64,000 nucleotides of DNA from Alphaproteobacteria bacterium UBA1185 (lineage in GTDB: Bacteria > Pseudomonadota > Alphaproteobacteria > Rs-D84). The stretch is taken from positions 64,009-128,008 of the forward strand of contig DBYN01000004.1 of the NCBI GenBank assembly GCA_002310415.1, written 5' to 3'. The notes below the pieces were generated by a model that had not been told where the DNA came from, ran no database searches, and worked only from the letters and a program-made list of their open reading frames with translations. How positions within the stretch are numbered: position 1 is the stretch's first letter; each line of letters starts with the position of its first letter. The position numbers and the translations under genes were made by a program. Of this stretch, positions 29,420-38,971 are shown in pieces.

Positions 29420-30304
29420 ATGCCCACAAAAAATCACAATGTCGTTCGCGAATGGTTTAATACAATATTTTATGGTGGCTTAATCGCTATTCTGTTTCGC
29501 AGTTTTTTATTGGAACCGTTTAATATACCATCTGGTTCTATGATACCATCACTGCATGTCGGCGACCATATTTTTGTAAAAAAATGGGCATACGGATATT
29601 CCAGATATTCTTTTCCTTTTGGTTCATGGAATATGTGGAATGGACGTTTTTTCGCATCACACGAACCAGAAATTGGTGACATAATCGTGTTTCGCAAACC
29701 AAATGCTAACGTTGAATACGTAAAAAGGTTGATTGGCAAACCCGGCGATACAATTCAAATGAAATCTGGTCGGCTGTATGTTAATAGCAAGTTGGTCGAG
29801 CGCACTAACCCTCAACCGTACATAGTTGCAAATTTACCCAAATCTATGCGTAGTGTTGGATATTACAAAGATAATATGTCTATCAAAGGTAATAAAATTT
29901 GGATAGATAATAAACCAGCACCGTTTAATTATACTATTGAATATAAATCGGATACAATCTGTAACGCGCAACCATATGAATGTGGTGTTTATAATGCAAC
30001 AGAATATACAGAAATATTACCAAATGGCGCAGAACACAGTATCATTGAAATGTCTGACAATGCGCCATTGGATAATACCGATGTGTTCACTGTTCCCGAA
30101 AATCATTATTTCTTTATGGGCGACAATCGCGATAACAGCGCAGACAGCAGAACAGACATGGTGTCATATGTTTCACGCGATAATGTATTGGGCAACGTTT
30201 GGTTTATATGGTATTCGCACAACTATTATTCTCCAATGATAGCATTCTGGAATTGGGGTAATAAGATGCGTTGGGACAGATTCGGACAATCAAAAAAGAA
30301 ATAA
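29420..30304 (+). CDS. lepB: Signal peptidase I
   Basis: Motifs IPSGSMIPSL (catalytic Ser box), YVKRLIGKPGD and GDNRDNSADSR. Confidence 0.92.
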   Translation: MPTKNHNVVREWFNTIFYGGLIAILFRSFLLEPFNIPSGSMIPSLHVGDHIFVKKWAYGYSRYSFPFGSWNMWNGRFFASHEPEIGDIIVFRKPNANVEYVKRLIGKPGDTIQMKSGRLYVNSKLVERTNPQPYIVANLPKSMRSVGYYKDNMSIKGNKIWIDNKPAPFNYTIEYKSDTICNAQPYECGVYNATEYTEILPNGAEHSIIEMSDNAPLDNTDVFTVPENHYFFMGDNRDNSADSRTDMVSYVSRDNVLGNVWFIWYSHNYYSPMIAFWNWGNKMRWDRFGQSKKK

Positions 30305-30314
30305 AGAAAAAATC

Positions 30315-30944
30315 ATGAAATTGAATTATACTTTCAAAGATAAAAGTTTGCTGGAATTGGCTTTAACCCAAAGTGGTATTGATTCCAAACATAACAATGA
30401 AAGATTGGAATTCATTGGGGACAGGGTTTTGGGATTATCTGTCGCTGGGTTGCTTTACGATATGTATCCAAATGAAAACGAAGGTGGTTTGGCACGTCGT
30501 CACGCACTGCTTGTTTCTACTAACACACTGGCACGCGTTGCCGCAGATTTAGATATTGGAAAATATATTAAACATGGACATATGACGGGTGGCAAAATTA
30601 ATCATATTTTGGCAAATACAATGGAAGCAATATTGGGCGCAATATTTTTAGATTCTGGCTTTGAATCTGCCCGTAAAATCATCGTTGATATATGGACAGA
30701 ATTGGCTGCTGCTGAAATCATCGCCCCAAAAGATGCCAAAACGGCTTTGCAAGAATTTGTTCAACATCACGATTCTGGTGCCTTACCAAACTATGTATAT
30801 CACGAACCAACTGGGGCTTCGCACAATCCAGAATTTACAGTAACAGTAACCGCATTAAATAAATCTGCAGAAGGTGTTGGCCCATCAAAAAAGGCTGCCA
30901 GTTTGGCTGCTGCCGAAAATTTATTAAAAATTCTTGCAATTTAA
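30315..30944 (+). CDS. rnc: Ribonuclease III
   Basis: Signature NERLEFIGDRVLGL and a C-terminal dsRBD-like segment (PEFTVTVTALNKSAEGVGPSKKAASLAAA). Confidence 0.93.
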   Translation: MKLNYTFKDKSLLELALTQSGIDSKHNNERLEFIGDRVLGLSVAGLLYDMYPNENEGGLARRHALLVSTNTLARVAADLDIGKYIKHGHMTGGKINHILANTMEAILGAIFLDSGFESARKIIVDIWTELAAAEIIAPKDAKTALQEFVQHHDSGALPNYVYHEPTGASHNPEFTVTVTALNKSAEGVGPSKKAASLAAAENLLKILAI

Positions 30945-30989
30945 TGGTTTGACGGCTACAATCACAACAATGTAAACAAAGGAAAAAAA

Positions 30990-31364
30990 ATGTTTTCAAT
31001 CTTATTGGTTTTATTAGTCATAGTCGCAGTTTTAATGACTGGTTTAATTTTGTTACAAAAATCTGAGGGTTCTGGAATGTCTGGTTCAACTGCTGCATCA
31101 ATGTTTGGTGGTGTTTTGACTGGATCGGCTGCTGGTAATTTTCTGACCAAGACAACAGCGTGGCTTGCAACAATATTCTTTGTGTTATGTGCTTTGTTAT
31201 CATTAGTTGTTGCAAAGACCAGTATTTCACAACAAAATCAATCTGGTTTACGTCAAGAATTGGTATCAGATATGGTGCAAAAGGCAAATGAAACACCGGC
31301 ACAATCCACACCGGTTGACGCTGTACAAACAGATACCCCAACTGAACCAGTGAAAGCAAAATAA
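30990..31364 (+). CDS. secG: Preprotein translocase subunit SecG
   Basis: Two TM segments with LILLQKSEGSGMSG, typical of SecG. Confidence 0.85.
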   Translation: MFSILLVLLVIVAVLMTGLILLQKSEGSGMSGSTAASMFGGVLTGSAAGNFLTKTTAWLATIFFVLCALLSLVVAKTSISQQNQSGLRQELVSDMVQKANETPAQSTPVDAVQTDTPTEPVKAK

Positions 31365-31479
31365 AAAAAATTATAGATATTTAAAAAATGCCCGTCGCAC
31401 ATGACGGCATTTTTTGTAATAATTTTTGGCTCAAGTGTAAATAATGTATCTTTTTGAAATAAAAAATAAAACAGCAAAA

Positions 31480-31509
31480 GAAAAACCCTGAAATTAATCA
31501 GGGTTTTTA
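31480..31509. terminator. Terminator downstream of ankyrin gene 31517..32179
   Basis: ACCCTGA-aattaa-TCAGGGT flanked by A/T runs. It has the same stem family as the one at 27124. Confidence 0.75.
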
Positions 31510-31516
31510 TGTTTGA

Positions 31517-32179
31517 TTATTTGTGTCTTAATCTACGAAGCCTCAAATTTCTCATACGTTGTTTTTCTTTCTTTTTGGCTTGAAAATTGTTATATGCTAT
31601 TTGTGCAGTTAGTTCGTCTATCTTTTGTTTTAGATTGGCATTTTCTTGTTCTGATTTTGCCAAATTGGCTTTCAATGCGGTAAATGGTGCTTCTTTCAAC
31701 AATTCGATTACTTCTTTTGGGGCTCCGCTAAATAAAGCAATCGTCAATGGTGTACGACCATCTTTGGCTTTTGCGTTTACATCGGCGCCTTTATCAATTA
31801 ATAATTCAATTACTTCTTTTGAGGCTTCGTTAGCACAAGCAAACATCAATGGTGTCCAACCATAATTGTTTTTTGCGTTTACATTGGCATCTTTAGCAAT
31901 TAATAATTCAATTACTTCTTTTGAGGCTTTGTTAGCACAAGCAAACATCAATGGTGTCCGACCACCATTGGCTTTTGCGTTTACTTTGGCACCTTTAGCA
32001 ATTAATAATTCGATTACTTCTTTTCGTGCTTCGTGATATAAAGCAAACACCAATGGTGTCCAACCATCATTGTCTGTTGCGTTTACATCGGCACCATCCT
32101 GGATGGCTTGGTTTATTTCTGATATTGAACCCTTTCTAATGGCAGTCAATAAATAACGTTCTTTAACTGTCCATACCAT
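31517..32179 (-). CDS. Ankyrin-repeat protein with coiled-coil and basic tail
   Basis: Near-identical 33-aa ANK units (KEVIELLIAKGAKVNAKANGGRTPLMFACAN...). The C-terminus has a coiled coil and ends in RMRNLRLRRLRHK. Confidence 0.85.
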   Translation of the reverse strand: MVWTVKERYLLTAIRKGSISEINQAIQDGADVNATDNDGWTPLVFALYHEARKEVIELLIAKGAKVNAKANGGRTPLMFACANKASKEVIELLIAKDANVNAKNNYGWTPLMFACANEASKEVIELLIDKGADVNAKAKDGRTPLTIALFSGAPKEVIELLKEAPFTALKANLAKSEQENANLKQKIDELTAQIAYNNFQAKKKEKQRMRNLRLRRLRHK

Positions 32180-32302
32180 TTTTTATCCTTTTTGTTGTTT
32201 GTCAAGGCTAATATAATACACAAAATATAATTAGTCAACTGTCTGTTATAGAAAAACCAAGATTATCAAAAAGATACATTATTTACACTTGAGCCTAATT
32301 TT

Positions 32303-33994
32303 TTATATACCTTTCTCTATGCAAGCCTGACCACAAGTATCTTCACATTCGCTTGAATCATCAAAAACATAAGTTTTAACCCAATCTGTATTTGCGCCAT
32401 CGAATTTACACCAACATTGTTCCCCTGTTGTTGTTATTGAACGATTAAGTTCAGCATTAACTTGGATGGTATCCAAAGATGTACATTTTGCCATACCGTG
32501 GTACTTTGTACCGTCGGCATATATAACAGCCCAACCACCATAAGGTATATCAGAACATTGACTGGAATCCACATTACCAAATCTGTAATTACCATTACCT
32601 TGCAAATCAACCTTGGCAAAACAAGAACCTTTGTAAGTGCGAAAATTTGCATTTGGGGTTTTCGGTTGATTACTTGTTAAAAATTCTTCTTTTTCAGTGA
32701 AATCTTTGGCACAATCCTCTTCGCACCACGTTTCACATCCATCAGCATCTTTATATGCCTGGTAAGAATATTCCCAATTGGCATTTGCACCGGCTGTTTT
32801 GCACCAACAATATTTTCCAGTTCCAGAACGATTAAAATCGTTATTATTTAAAATACTTTCAGTTGCCATACATTTAGCAAAACCTGTATAGGTGGCACCA
32901 TTACCAAGTGTTATACTCCAACCCCCAAAAGGAACATCTTTACATAAATTGCTGTTTGATAAAGTATACGAGTTGTTTTTGTTTTGAAAGGCTGTAAAAC
33001 ATCTACCCGCTTTATCGCGCACTTTTGAATTAGAGTTAATAATTTCATCCTGGACATCAGACACTTCTTCTTGCCCGCCAAGAAATGTTTCGGCATATAA
33101 ATCATCATAATACGCTATAAACTCACGAGCCCGCCCCTGCGTATGTATCGCAATCAAAAGACCATTTTCATCAAAAATGGGACCTCCTGAATTACCGCCC
33201 CATGATTGACACGAAGTTTTATCAACCGATGCTTTGTCACCAGACGATTCAAAATCAGACAAATGACAATGAAAAGAGCCTTTTAATTGGTCTGAATCAT
33301 TTGGAAATATTTTTGTAAATAACTTAGTCTCACCAATTTCTTTTATAAAATTGTCTTTGTTAATTTTTTTATTAGACAATGCCTTCTTGAACTCATCCCT
33401 TGCAGCCAGTATTTGTTTATCACTCATAATAGGCAAAGCACCATAACCGACAACTTCAAAATAACCAGAATACATATCGCCAGTGGTTACAAATGGGACA
33501 CTTTCTGCATATTCATCTGGTATTTTATACATAGCGGAATCATTACCCTGCTTTCCCATACCACTATACATAAACTCTACCTGCATTTCAGTACCGTCTT
33601 GCAATCTTACAGATATAGGATCTGTTCCGTTATCATCTACACAATGTCTTGCGGTGTACACATATAATTTACCATCATTTGGATTTTTAACTATGGTTCC
33701 TGTGCAATAATTACCACCCTTATCATACAAAGCAACCACAGCGTTATAAGGTGATTTTTGTTTTTGTTCATCTGTTAAATAACAACGTCTGTCAATTGTA
33801 TAATCATTGTAATGCGCACCATTATTTTGACAACGGTCAGAAAAACTTCCTGTTCGCACACCAGAAGCATGTTCAAAAGCATTCTCTTTTATTGCTTTGT
33901 TTACCGCGGTTTTAACATAATCATAACCATTTACCCCAAAAGACGCACCAGGTAAGCACGCGATCAACAAAGATACCCAAGACACTTTTGACAT
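32303..33994 (-). CDS. Secreted trypsin-like (S1) serine protease with two C-terminal Cys/Trp-rich modules
   Basis: Signal-like MSKVSWVSLLIACLPGASFG, His box YTARHCV, and Ser box GGNSGGPIF. The track start at 33997 is a TTG; the ATG at 33994 was used. Confidence 0.8.
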   Translation of the reverse strand: MSKVSWVSLLIACLPGASFGVNGYDYVKTAVNKAIKENAFEHASGVRTGSFSDRCQNNGAHYNDYTIDRRCYLTDEQKQKSPYNAVVALYDKGGNYCTGTIVKNPNDGKLYVYTARHCVDDNGTDPISVRLQDGTEMQVEFMYSGMGKQGNDSAMYKIPDEYAESVPFVTTGDMYSGYFEVVGYGALPIMSDKQILAARDEFKKALSNKKINKDNFIKEIGETKLFTKIFPNDSDQLKGSFHCHLSDFESSGDKASVDKTSCQSWGGNSGGPIFDENGLLIAIHTQGRAREFIAYYDDLYAETFLGGQEEVSDVQDEIINSNSKVRDKAGRCFTAFQNKNNSYTLSNSNLCKDVPFGGWSITLGNGATYTGFAKCMATESILNNNDFNRSGTGKYCWCKTAGANANWEYSYQAYKDADGCETWCEEDCAKDFTEKEEFLTSNQPKTPNANFRTYKGSCFAKVDLQGNGNYRFGNVDSSQCSDIPYGGWAVIYADGTKYHGMAKCTSLDTIQVNAELNRSITTTGEQCWCKFDGANTDWVKTYVFDDSSECEDTCGQACIEKGI

Positions 33995-34039
33995 CAAAAA
34001 AAACTTATACAGGCTTTCGATTTAAACGGTTACTTGCAA

Positions 34040-34279
34040 TTATTTCTTTTTCGTTGTTTTCTTTGCGACAGATTTCTTTGCACCACCAGCCGGCATCTTT
34101 TTATATTCCTGATACAGCGCGGCGCCACAAATATAAACGACCAACGCAGATATCACAGTAAACAGACCGGCAATCAAATCACCAGCAAAATAAAAGAAAC
34201 AAATCAATGCAACAATCAAAACGACCGTATACGCAATATTGTTCTTTAATACTTTACCTAATTTTTCAAGAAATTTCAT
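34040..34279 (-). CDS. Small membrane protein with Lys-rich tail (79 aa)
   Basis: Strong SD (AAAGGGGGA) and two hydrophobic segments. Confidence 0.5.
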   Translation of the reverse strand: MKFLEKLGKVLKNNIAYTVVLIVALICFFYFAGDLIAGLFTVISALVVYICGAALYQEYKKMPAGGAKKSVAKKTTKKK

Positions 34280-34373
34280 TTTATCCCCCTTTCTTATCTG
34301 TTATGCGCCAATTATAACACAAAAATTACAAAAAATAAAGCACCATTTTTTCTAATGGTGCTTTAAACACAGT

Positions 34374-35090
34374 TTAATATATAATCTGCTTCTTCTTTGA
34401 TAACAAATCAATTAACACATCATTTTTTTTGTGTGTATGTACAATTAAGTTATTATTCAACAAATCCGCGCAATTAAACGGCATATCCCGGTAATTATAA
34501 TCTGTATCCTCAAAGAAAAAATTATATTGTTCTATAATGATAGATGTTAGAATTTTATCAGGGCTTAACGAAGAATTTTTTTCGATTTTATAATCTGCAT
34601 CAACAAAACATAAAACATTGCTCAATGTATATACAATATCACTGCTTCTATTTTCCCCTAAAAAACTAAGACTTTCAGACAATGTTTTTACAGATGTAAA
34701 ATCTACAAACGGAAACAAATAGAACGAGTTCGGTCCCACCATACTCCCGGTTGGATGTATATCTAGTATAATTTTTTGCCAACTATCTTTTAATTTATTT
34801 CTATCGAACGGTCTGCTGTTTCCTTCTTGGTCCTCGATCACGTATCGTACATCTTCCATAATTTTTATCGGACGCATATCTCGAAATTTATTGTTTTTGC
34901 ATATTATGTCAGGAACAGATACTAAATTATACCTTCCACGGTCTATATACTCCTTATATTTTTCCTCAAAAGAGTAACTCCTACCAAAGTCCCATTTATT
35001 TAAGCCTGCCTTACCAAACTTCTTAGCAGATACTGCTGTTAATATCAATTTTCCAACATACTGTGTTTTTTCGAGTTTATAATATTCCAT
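34374..35090 (-). CDS. Hypothetical protein, 238 aa
   Basis: ATG preceded by AAAGGGGG. No family recognised. Confidence 0.55.
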   Translation of the reverse strand: MEYYKLEKTQYVGKLILTAVSAKKFGKAGLNKWDFGRSYSFEEKYKEYIDRGRYNLVSVPDIICKNNKFRDMRPIKIMEDVRYVIEDQEGNSRPFDRNKLKDSWQKIILDIHPTGSMVGPNSFYLFPFVDFTSVKTLSESLSFLGENRSSDIVYTLSNVLCFVDADYKIEKNSSLSPDKILTSIIIEQYNFFFEDTDYNYRDMPFNCADLLNNNLIVHTHKKNDVLIDLLSKKKQIIY

Positions 35091-35125
35091 TTTTACCCCC
35101 TTTTAGTAATATATTCACCAAGTTT

Positions 35126-35872
35126 TTATAAAATCACTTGCCCACCAATATTTGCATTACGCGGTATTGGGCCAAAAGAAGATTGTTTACTGACATAAAT
35201 ATTACCTTTGACAGAAAACTGACCACAGAAACTTAATTTATCCACATTACGAATAAACAAATTTCCACGAATCTTTGCATCACATGGCAAAGTATATTTA
35301 CGCATATTTTGTATAAACAAATTACCGTCAATCTTTACACCATTTGATAACACTGGCGAAGATGGGTATAAATCTACGATAACATCACCAGTCAAATTTT
35401 GTTTTGGTAAAACTTTTGACGGCAAAGAAATCTGTTTGACAACCACAGGCTTTTTAACACCAATTGTTTTTATTTGTGGTTTTATACCTGTTTTTATGCT
35501 TGCTTTTAAAGGCAATGCTAAATTTGGTTTGATTTTACGTTGATTGATTTTGCGATTATCAACATTGTTCATTTTATGAGCAACAATAACTGCATTATTT
35601 TTTCTTGCATCATTAATTTGATTGTGATTTATCACATTCAAAATCAACCCCGCAAACAAAACAATTATTGCCACTAGCAAAGTCAAATTGACTATACCAA
35701 CAATATCAATACTTTTAACCCAGTTCCAAATTTTTTTACATACACGTACAATAAAACGCCAAACGCTTTTGCACAAATTCCATGGAAACAACAGTATTTT
35801 CTTTAACCACTGTTTCATAGTACGAGAACGAGTATTACGCGTTGCACTTTTTAATTTTTTCGATTTATTCAT
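35126..35872 (-). CDS. Membrane-anchored hypothetical protein with beta-helix-like C-terminal repeats
   Basis: Basic N-terminus and one TM segment (IVGIVNLTLLVAIIVLFAGLILNVI). The C-terminus has repeated x-[IV]-x-G-N-[LI]-[FY]-[IV] units (KIDGNLFIQN, KIRGNLFIRN, SVKGNIYVS). Confidence 0.55.
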   Translation of the reverse strand: MNKSKKLKSATRNTRSRTMKQWLKKILLFPWNLCKSVWRFIVRVCKKIWNWVKSIDIVGIVNLTLLVAIIVLFAGLILNVINHNQINDARKNNAVIVAHKMNNVDNRKINQRKIKPNLALPLKASIKTGIKPQIKTIGVKKPVVVKQISLPSKVLPKQNLTGDVIVDLYPSSPVLSNGVKIDGNLFIQNMRKYTLPCDAKIRGNLFIRNVDKLSFCGQFSVKGNIYVSKQSSFGPIPRNANIGGQVIL

Positions 35873-35874
35873 AT

Positions 35875-36288
35875 TTAATCCTTTTGGTTTTGTAAAATTT
35901 TGAAAATACCATTGGTAACTTCACGTAACATATTCGTTGCCATGTTATAGTAATTATCAGCATCATCTTTATACTTTGTTATGCTACGTTTATCCATACT
36001 TACACACGTACAACCTGAACTACTTTTAATAAATTTTGTAAATACACCCGTTGAAGCATCAAATATATACGCTTCACCCGAATCAATATCATCACGATAA
36101 AAACGTATTTCTATCGGAACAACAGTTTTGAATGATATAAGTCCATCTTCTGGCCATGTATAACGGGCAGACATACCATTTTTCATCATGACATTAACAT
36201 CATCAGATACCAAAGAAAAAACACTAATCTCGCGCAGTTCTTTTTCTATCCGAAACATTTTGTTATCCGCTTTTAACAAAAATTCCAT
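35875..36288 (-). CDS. Hypothetical protein (137 aa)
   Basis: ATG at 36288 (MEFLLKADNK...) lies 8 nt after AAGGAG. Its stop abuts the next gene's start. Confidence 0.55.
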   Translation of the reverse strand: MEFLLKADNKMFRIEKELREISVFSLVSDDVNVMMKNGMSARYTWPEDGLISFKTVVPIEIRFYRDDIDSGEAYIFDASTGVFTKFIKSSSGCTCVSMDKRSITKYKDDADNYYNMATNMLREVTNGIFKILQNQKD

Positions 36289-36398
36289 ATAATTACTCCT
36301 TGTTTTACGCAATATTATAGACACACAAAATCATTTGTCAAGATATTTTTGACATTTTTTTAATACGCCAATACACAACACTCTGTTCCTTAAAAAAC

Positions 36399-36427
36399 TT
36401 GACAATTGCGTTATTTTGTGTTATAAT
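36399..36427 (+). promoter_or_regulatory. Consensus sigma70 promoter TTGACA-17-TATAAT
   Basis: Perfect hexamers at 36399-36404 and 36422-36427, 28 nt upstream of the 36455 ATG. Confidence 0.7.
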
Positions 36428-36454
36428 AAGTGATGATGACAAAAGGACAATAAA

Positions 36455-38101
36455 ATGACAAATTCTTTTCCAGACGAATGGATAACATTAAACGATGTCG
36501 TATTGCTTATTGCATACAACGAAGTGTTAAGAACCAAAATTATGGATACCTTAATAGATTTACACAGCAAAGGCCAACATCCTGATTGGATAAAACAAAC
36601 TCATGTCAACAGATACAAATTTAACAAAAAATATCTGGAAGCCTTTTGTAAAGAATATGGTTTTGATTTGGCGGCACCAATAAAAAGACACGCTGTCGAT
36701 TATAAAAGCAAAAATTGGTTGTGCACCAAAGAATTAAGACAATATCTTCCAGGGTCAGAAAGTCAAATTCTGACAATATTACAGAAACTGCAATCACAAA
36801 TGCCTGATGCTATCAAAGAAAAACAAAATGGTCCTGTTGTACGTTTGTGCCTGCACAAAAAGTATATCGATACCGTAAAATCTATTATAAACAAAGAAAC
36901 AGCCAAACAAATCCAAAACGTAGACACCAATACAATATACGCAAATTGTTTTATGGAAAAAACCGGTCCAGACGAATGGATTAGTTTAACATATGTCAGA
37001 AATTTGATTTTAAACGGTCTTGAAGAACGCGACAGATTACATGATTCTTTGATGGCTTTGTATAACACGCAACAATACCCAAATTGGATACAGCGCGCAA
37101 CCAAAAAGCAATACATGTTCAACAAAAAGTATTTACCAGAATTCTGCATGATGTATTCATTTGAAATAAAAGATACACCTGATAGTAATATAAAATGGTT
37201 AAGAATTGTAGATTTACAACATTTAATAAGTAAATCTTGTCAAGATTTCTCCAAAACTCTAACCGCCGCACTACAAGACCTGCATAGCAGACACATATTT
37301 TCTAACTGGGTATGTCGCCCAAGCGAAAGCAGATATTATTTAAACGAAAAATATTTGATACCTTTTACAAAAATGTACAACTTTCGTTTAATTTGTCAGG
37401 ACACCAGAACCGAAGAATGGTTATCTGCCGCCGAAATATGGCAACAAACAAAATGTATAGAATTTAATAAAATCAGCCGATTATTAAAAAAACACCAATC
37501 CGATATGCCCGAATGGATACAAACAAAAAGAAAAAAACAATTACCTTGTCTGTGTTTACATCGCGACCATGTTTCAGAATTTTGCAAAATTGCCGGTATA
37601 CAATTATGCAAAGATACAAACGCAAAAACATCTGAGTGGTTTGCAACATCTGAATACAGATTATTTCTAAAAGATTTTGACGCAAATACACAAACGAACG
37701 CACTGGAAACAGCATTTACAAACATCGCAAAAACACATCCAGATTGGATTCAATATAAAACATGCAAAAACGGTCAAGAAAGATTATGTCTACACAAAAA
37801 TCACGTTGCTGATTTTTGTACCGAAACTGGTTTTATATGCAACAACAAGAAAACGGAACAATGGTTGGATGTTCGCGAACTTGGTTTAATGACACACATA
37901 TCACCTGCTAAAATATTGGTCACATTACAAAACAACCAAAAAGCAAACCCAGAAATTATCCAAATCAGACGTCTTAGTTCAAGACCTGTTTTATGTCTGC
38001 ACCGCGACCATGTCACCAAAATAACAGAATGGATGCAAAATTTAGATAAAAAAAGTATTGCTATGATAATTGTAAAAGACAGCGGATACAAATTGAAATA
38101 A
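36455..38101 (+). CDS. Orphan protein built of seven ~65-80-aa repeats
   Basis: Each unit has an [ED]-W-[ILF] motif near its start and P-[DNE]-[WAI]-I-[KQ] near its end (PDWIKQ, PDAIKE, PNWIQR, SNWVCR, PEWIQT, PDWIQY, PEIIQI). Two tail subtypes alternate: [KE]KYL..F (FNKKYL, LNEKYL) or LCLH+xH. Confidence 0.7.
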   Translation: MTNSFPDEWITLNDVVLLIAYNEVLRTKIMDTLIDLHSKGQHPDWIKQTHVNRYKFNKKYLEAFCKEYGFDLAAPIKRHAVDYKSKNWLCTKELRQYLPGSESQILTILQKLQSQMPDAIKEKQNGPVVRLCLHKKYIDTVKSIINKETAKQIQNVDTNTIYANCFMEKTGPDEWISLTYVRNLILNGLEERDRLHDSLMALYNTQQYPNWIQRATKKQYMFNKKYLPEFCMMYSFEIKDTPDSNIKWLRIVDLQHLISKSCQDFSKTLTAALQDLHSRHIFSNWVCRPSESRYYLNEKYLIPFTKMYNFRLICQDTRTEEWLSAAEIWQQTKCIEFNKISRLLKKHQSDMPEWIQTKRKKQLPCLCLHRDHVSEFCKIAGIQLCKDTNAKTSEWFATSEYRLFLKDFDANTQTNALETAFTNIAKTHPDWIQYKTCKNGQERLCLHKNHVADFCTETGFICNNKKTEQWLDVRELGLMTHISPAKILVTLQNNQKANPEIIQIRRLSSRPVLCLHRDHVTKITEWMQNLDKKSIAMIIVKDSGYKLK

Positions 38102-38123
38102 CAGTCAAACACACAAAATACAT

Positions 38124-38151
38124 TTGACAACTATTGACTTTGTGTTAGAAT
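38124..38151 (+). promoter_or_regulatory. Candidate promoter TTGACA-16-(TGT)TAGAAT
   Basis: Hexamers with an extended -10 TG were read directly, 38 nt upstream of the 38189 ATG. Confidence 0.55.
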
Positions 38152-38188
38152 AATCGCCACACAAAGATATTATACAAAGGACAAAACA

Positions 38189-38764
38189 ATGAAACTTTAC
38201 ACAACTGTTACATACAGGGTATCGTACCAAAATATTTTCGACAACCTAGAACACATTATTTCCGATGATTTAACATTAGATTCAGCAAAACATTCTTTTG
38301 CAGTGGTACCAAGCCCCGCCAATAAAGTAACAGTTACACGCATCGTAAATCTGTACGAAGATATAAAAGATGATTGGAAACAAATTACTGCAACACCAAC
38401 AGATAATTTCAGTTTCTATGTCAGCGATAAATTACCGACACTGGAAAATATCACAAATGCTTTAAACAAAGAATCCGACGGTTTTATTGGCTGGCAATAT
38501 ATTGATTTACCCGAACAATCCAAGAAAGTAGTTGTATCAACCGTACTTGTTTCTGAATACAATTGGAGCAGTTGGAACGGATACACACACAAAGCAGACG
38601 TACTTGTCAGAAAACTAAATAAAAATGATGTTGTTATAAACACCAAAGGACACGAAATTTGGCCACAAAAAACCGGAAACATTCCGTCCGAACTGGCAAG
38701 ATTATTTAAAAAGAATTCTGAACCATTGGAATTCATAAAAAATAATAATGTAAAAATCAAATAA
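38189..38764 (+). CDS. Hypothetical protein, 191 aa
   Basis: ATG with AAAGGA upstream and a terminator hairpin downstream. Confidence 0.55.
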   Translation: MKLYTTVTYRVSYQNIFDNLEHIISDDLTLDSAKHSFAVVPSPANKVTVTRIVNLYEDIKDDWKQITATPTDNFSFYVSDKLPTLENITNALNKESDGFIGWQYIDLPEQSKKVVVSTVLVSEYNWSSWNGYTHKADVLVRKLNKNDVVINTKGHEIWPQKTGNIPSELARLFKKNSEPLEFIKNNNVKIK

Positions 38765-38769
38765 CACAT

Positions 38770-38796
38770 AAAACCAGCATATTTATGCTGGTTTTG
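38770..38796 (+). terminator. Terminator downstream of 38189..38764
   Basis: ACCAGCAT-attt-ATGCTGGT followed by TTTT. Confidence 0.75.
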
Positions 38797-38827
38797 ATTT
38801 TATCACAACAAAACAACAACAAAGATT

Positions 38828-38850
38828 GATGGCGCGCCCAGCAGGACTCG
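38828..38850 (-). repeat. 23-nt duplicate of the tRNA-Arg 3' end (GATGGCGCGCCCAGCAGGACTCG)
   Basis: Identical to 39043-39065. That stretch covers 2 nt past the CCA, the CCA, the discriminator base, the acceptor 3' strand and half of the T arm. Confidence 0.9.
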
Positions 38851-38971
38851 CTCGGCATTTTGCCTGCGCGGCAACCGTAACGATTTGATTGCACTACGTT
38901 TATCAAATCTACTTGTTGTCGAACCTGTCGTTGCTTCGCAACTTTCTTCGGTTCTCGTCCAAAATCACACC

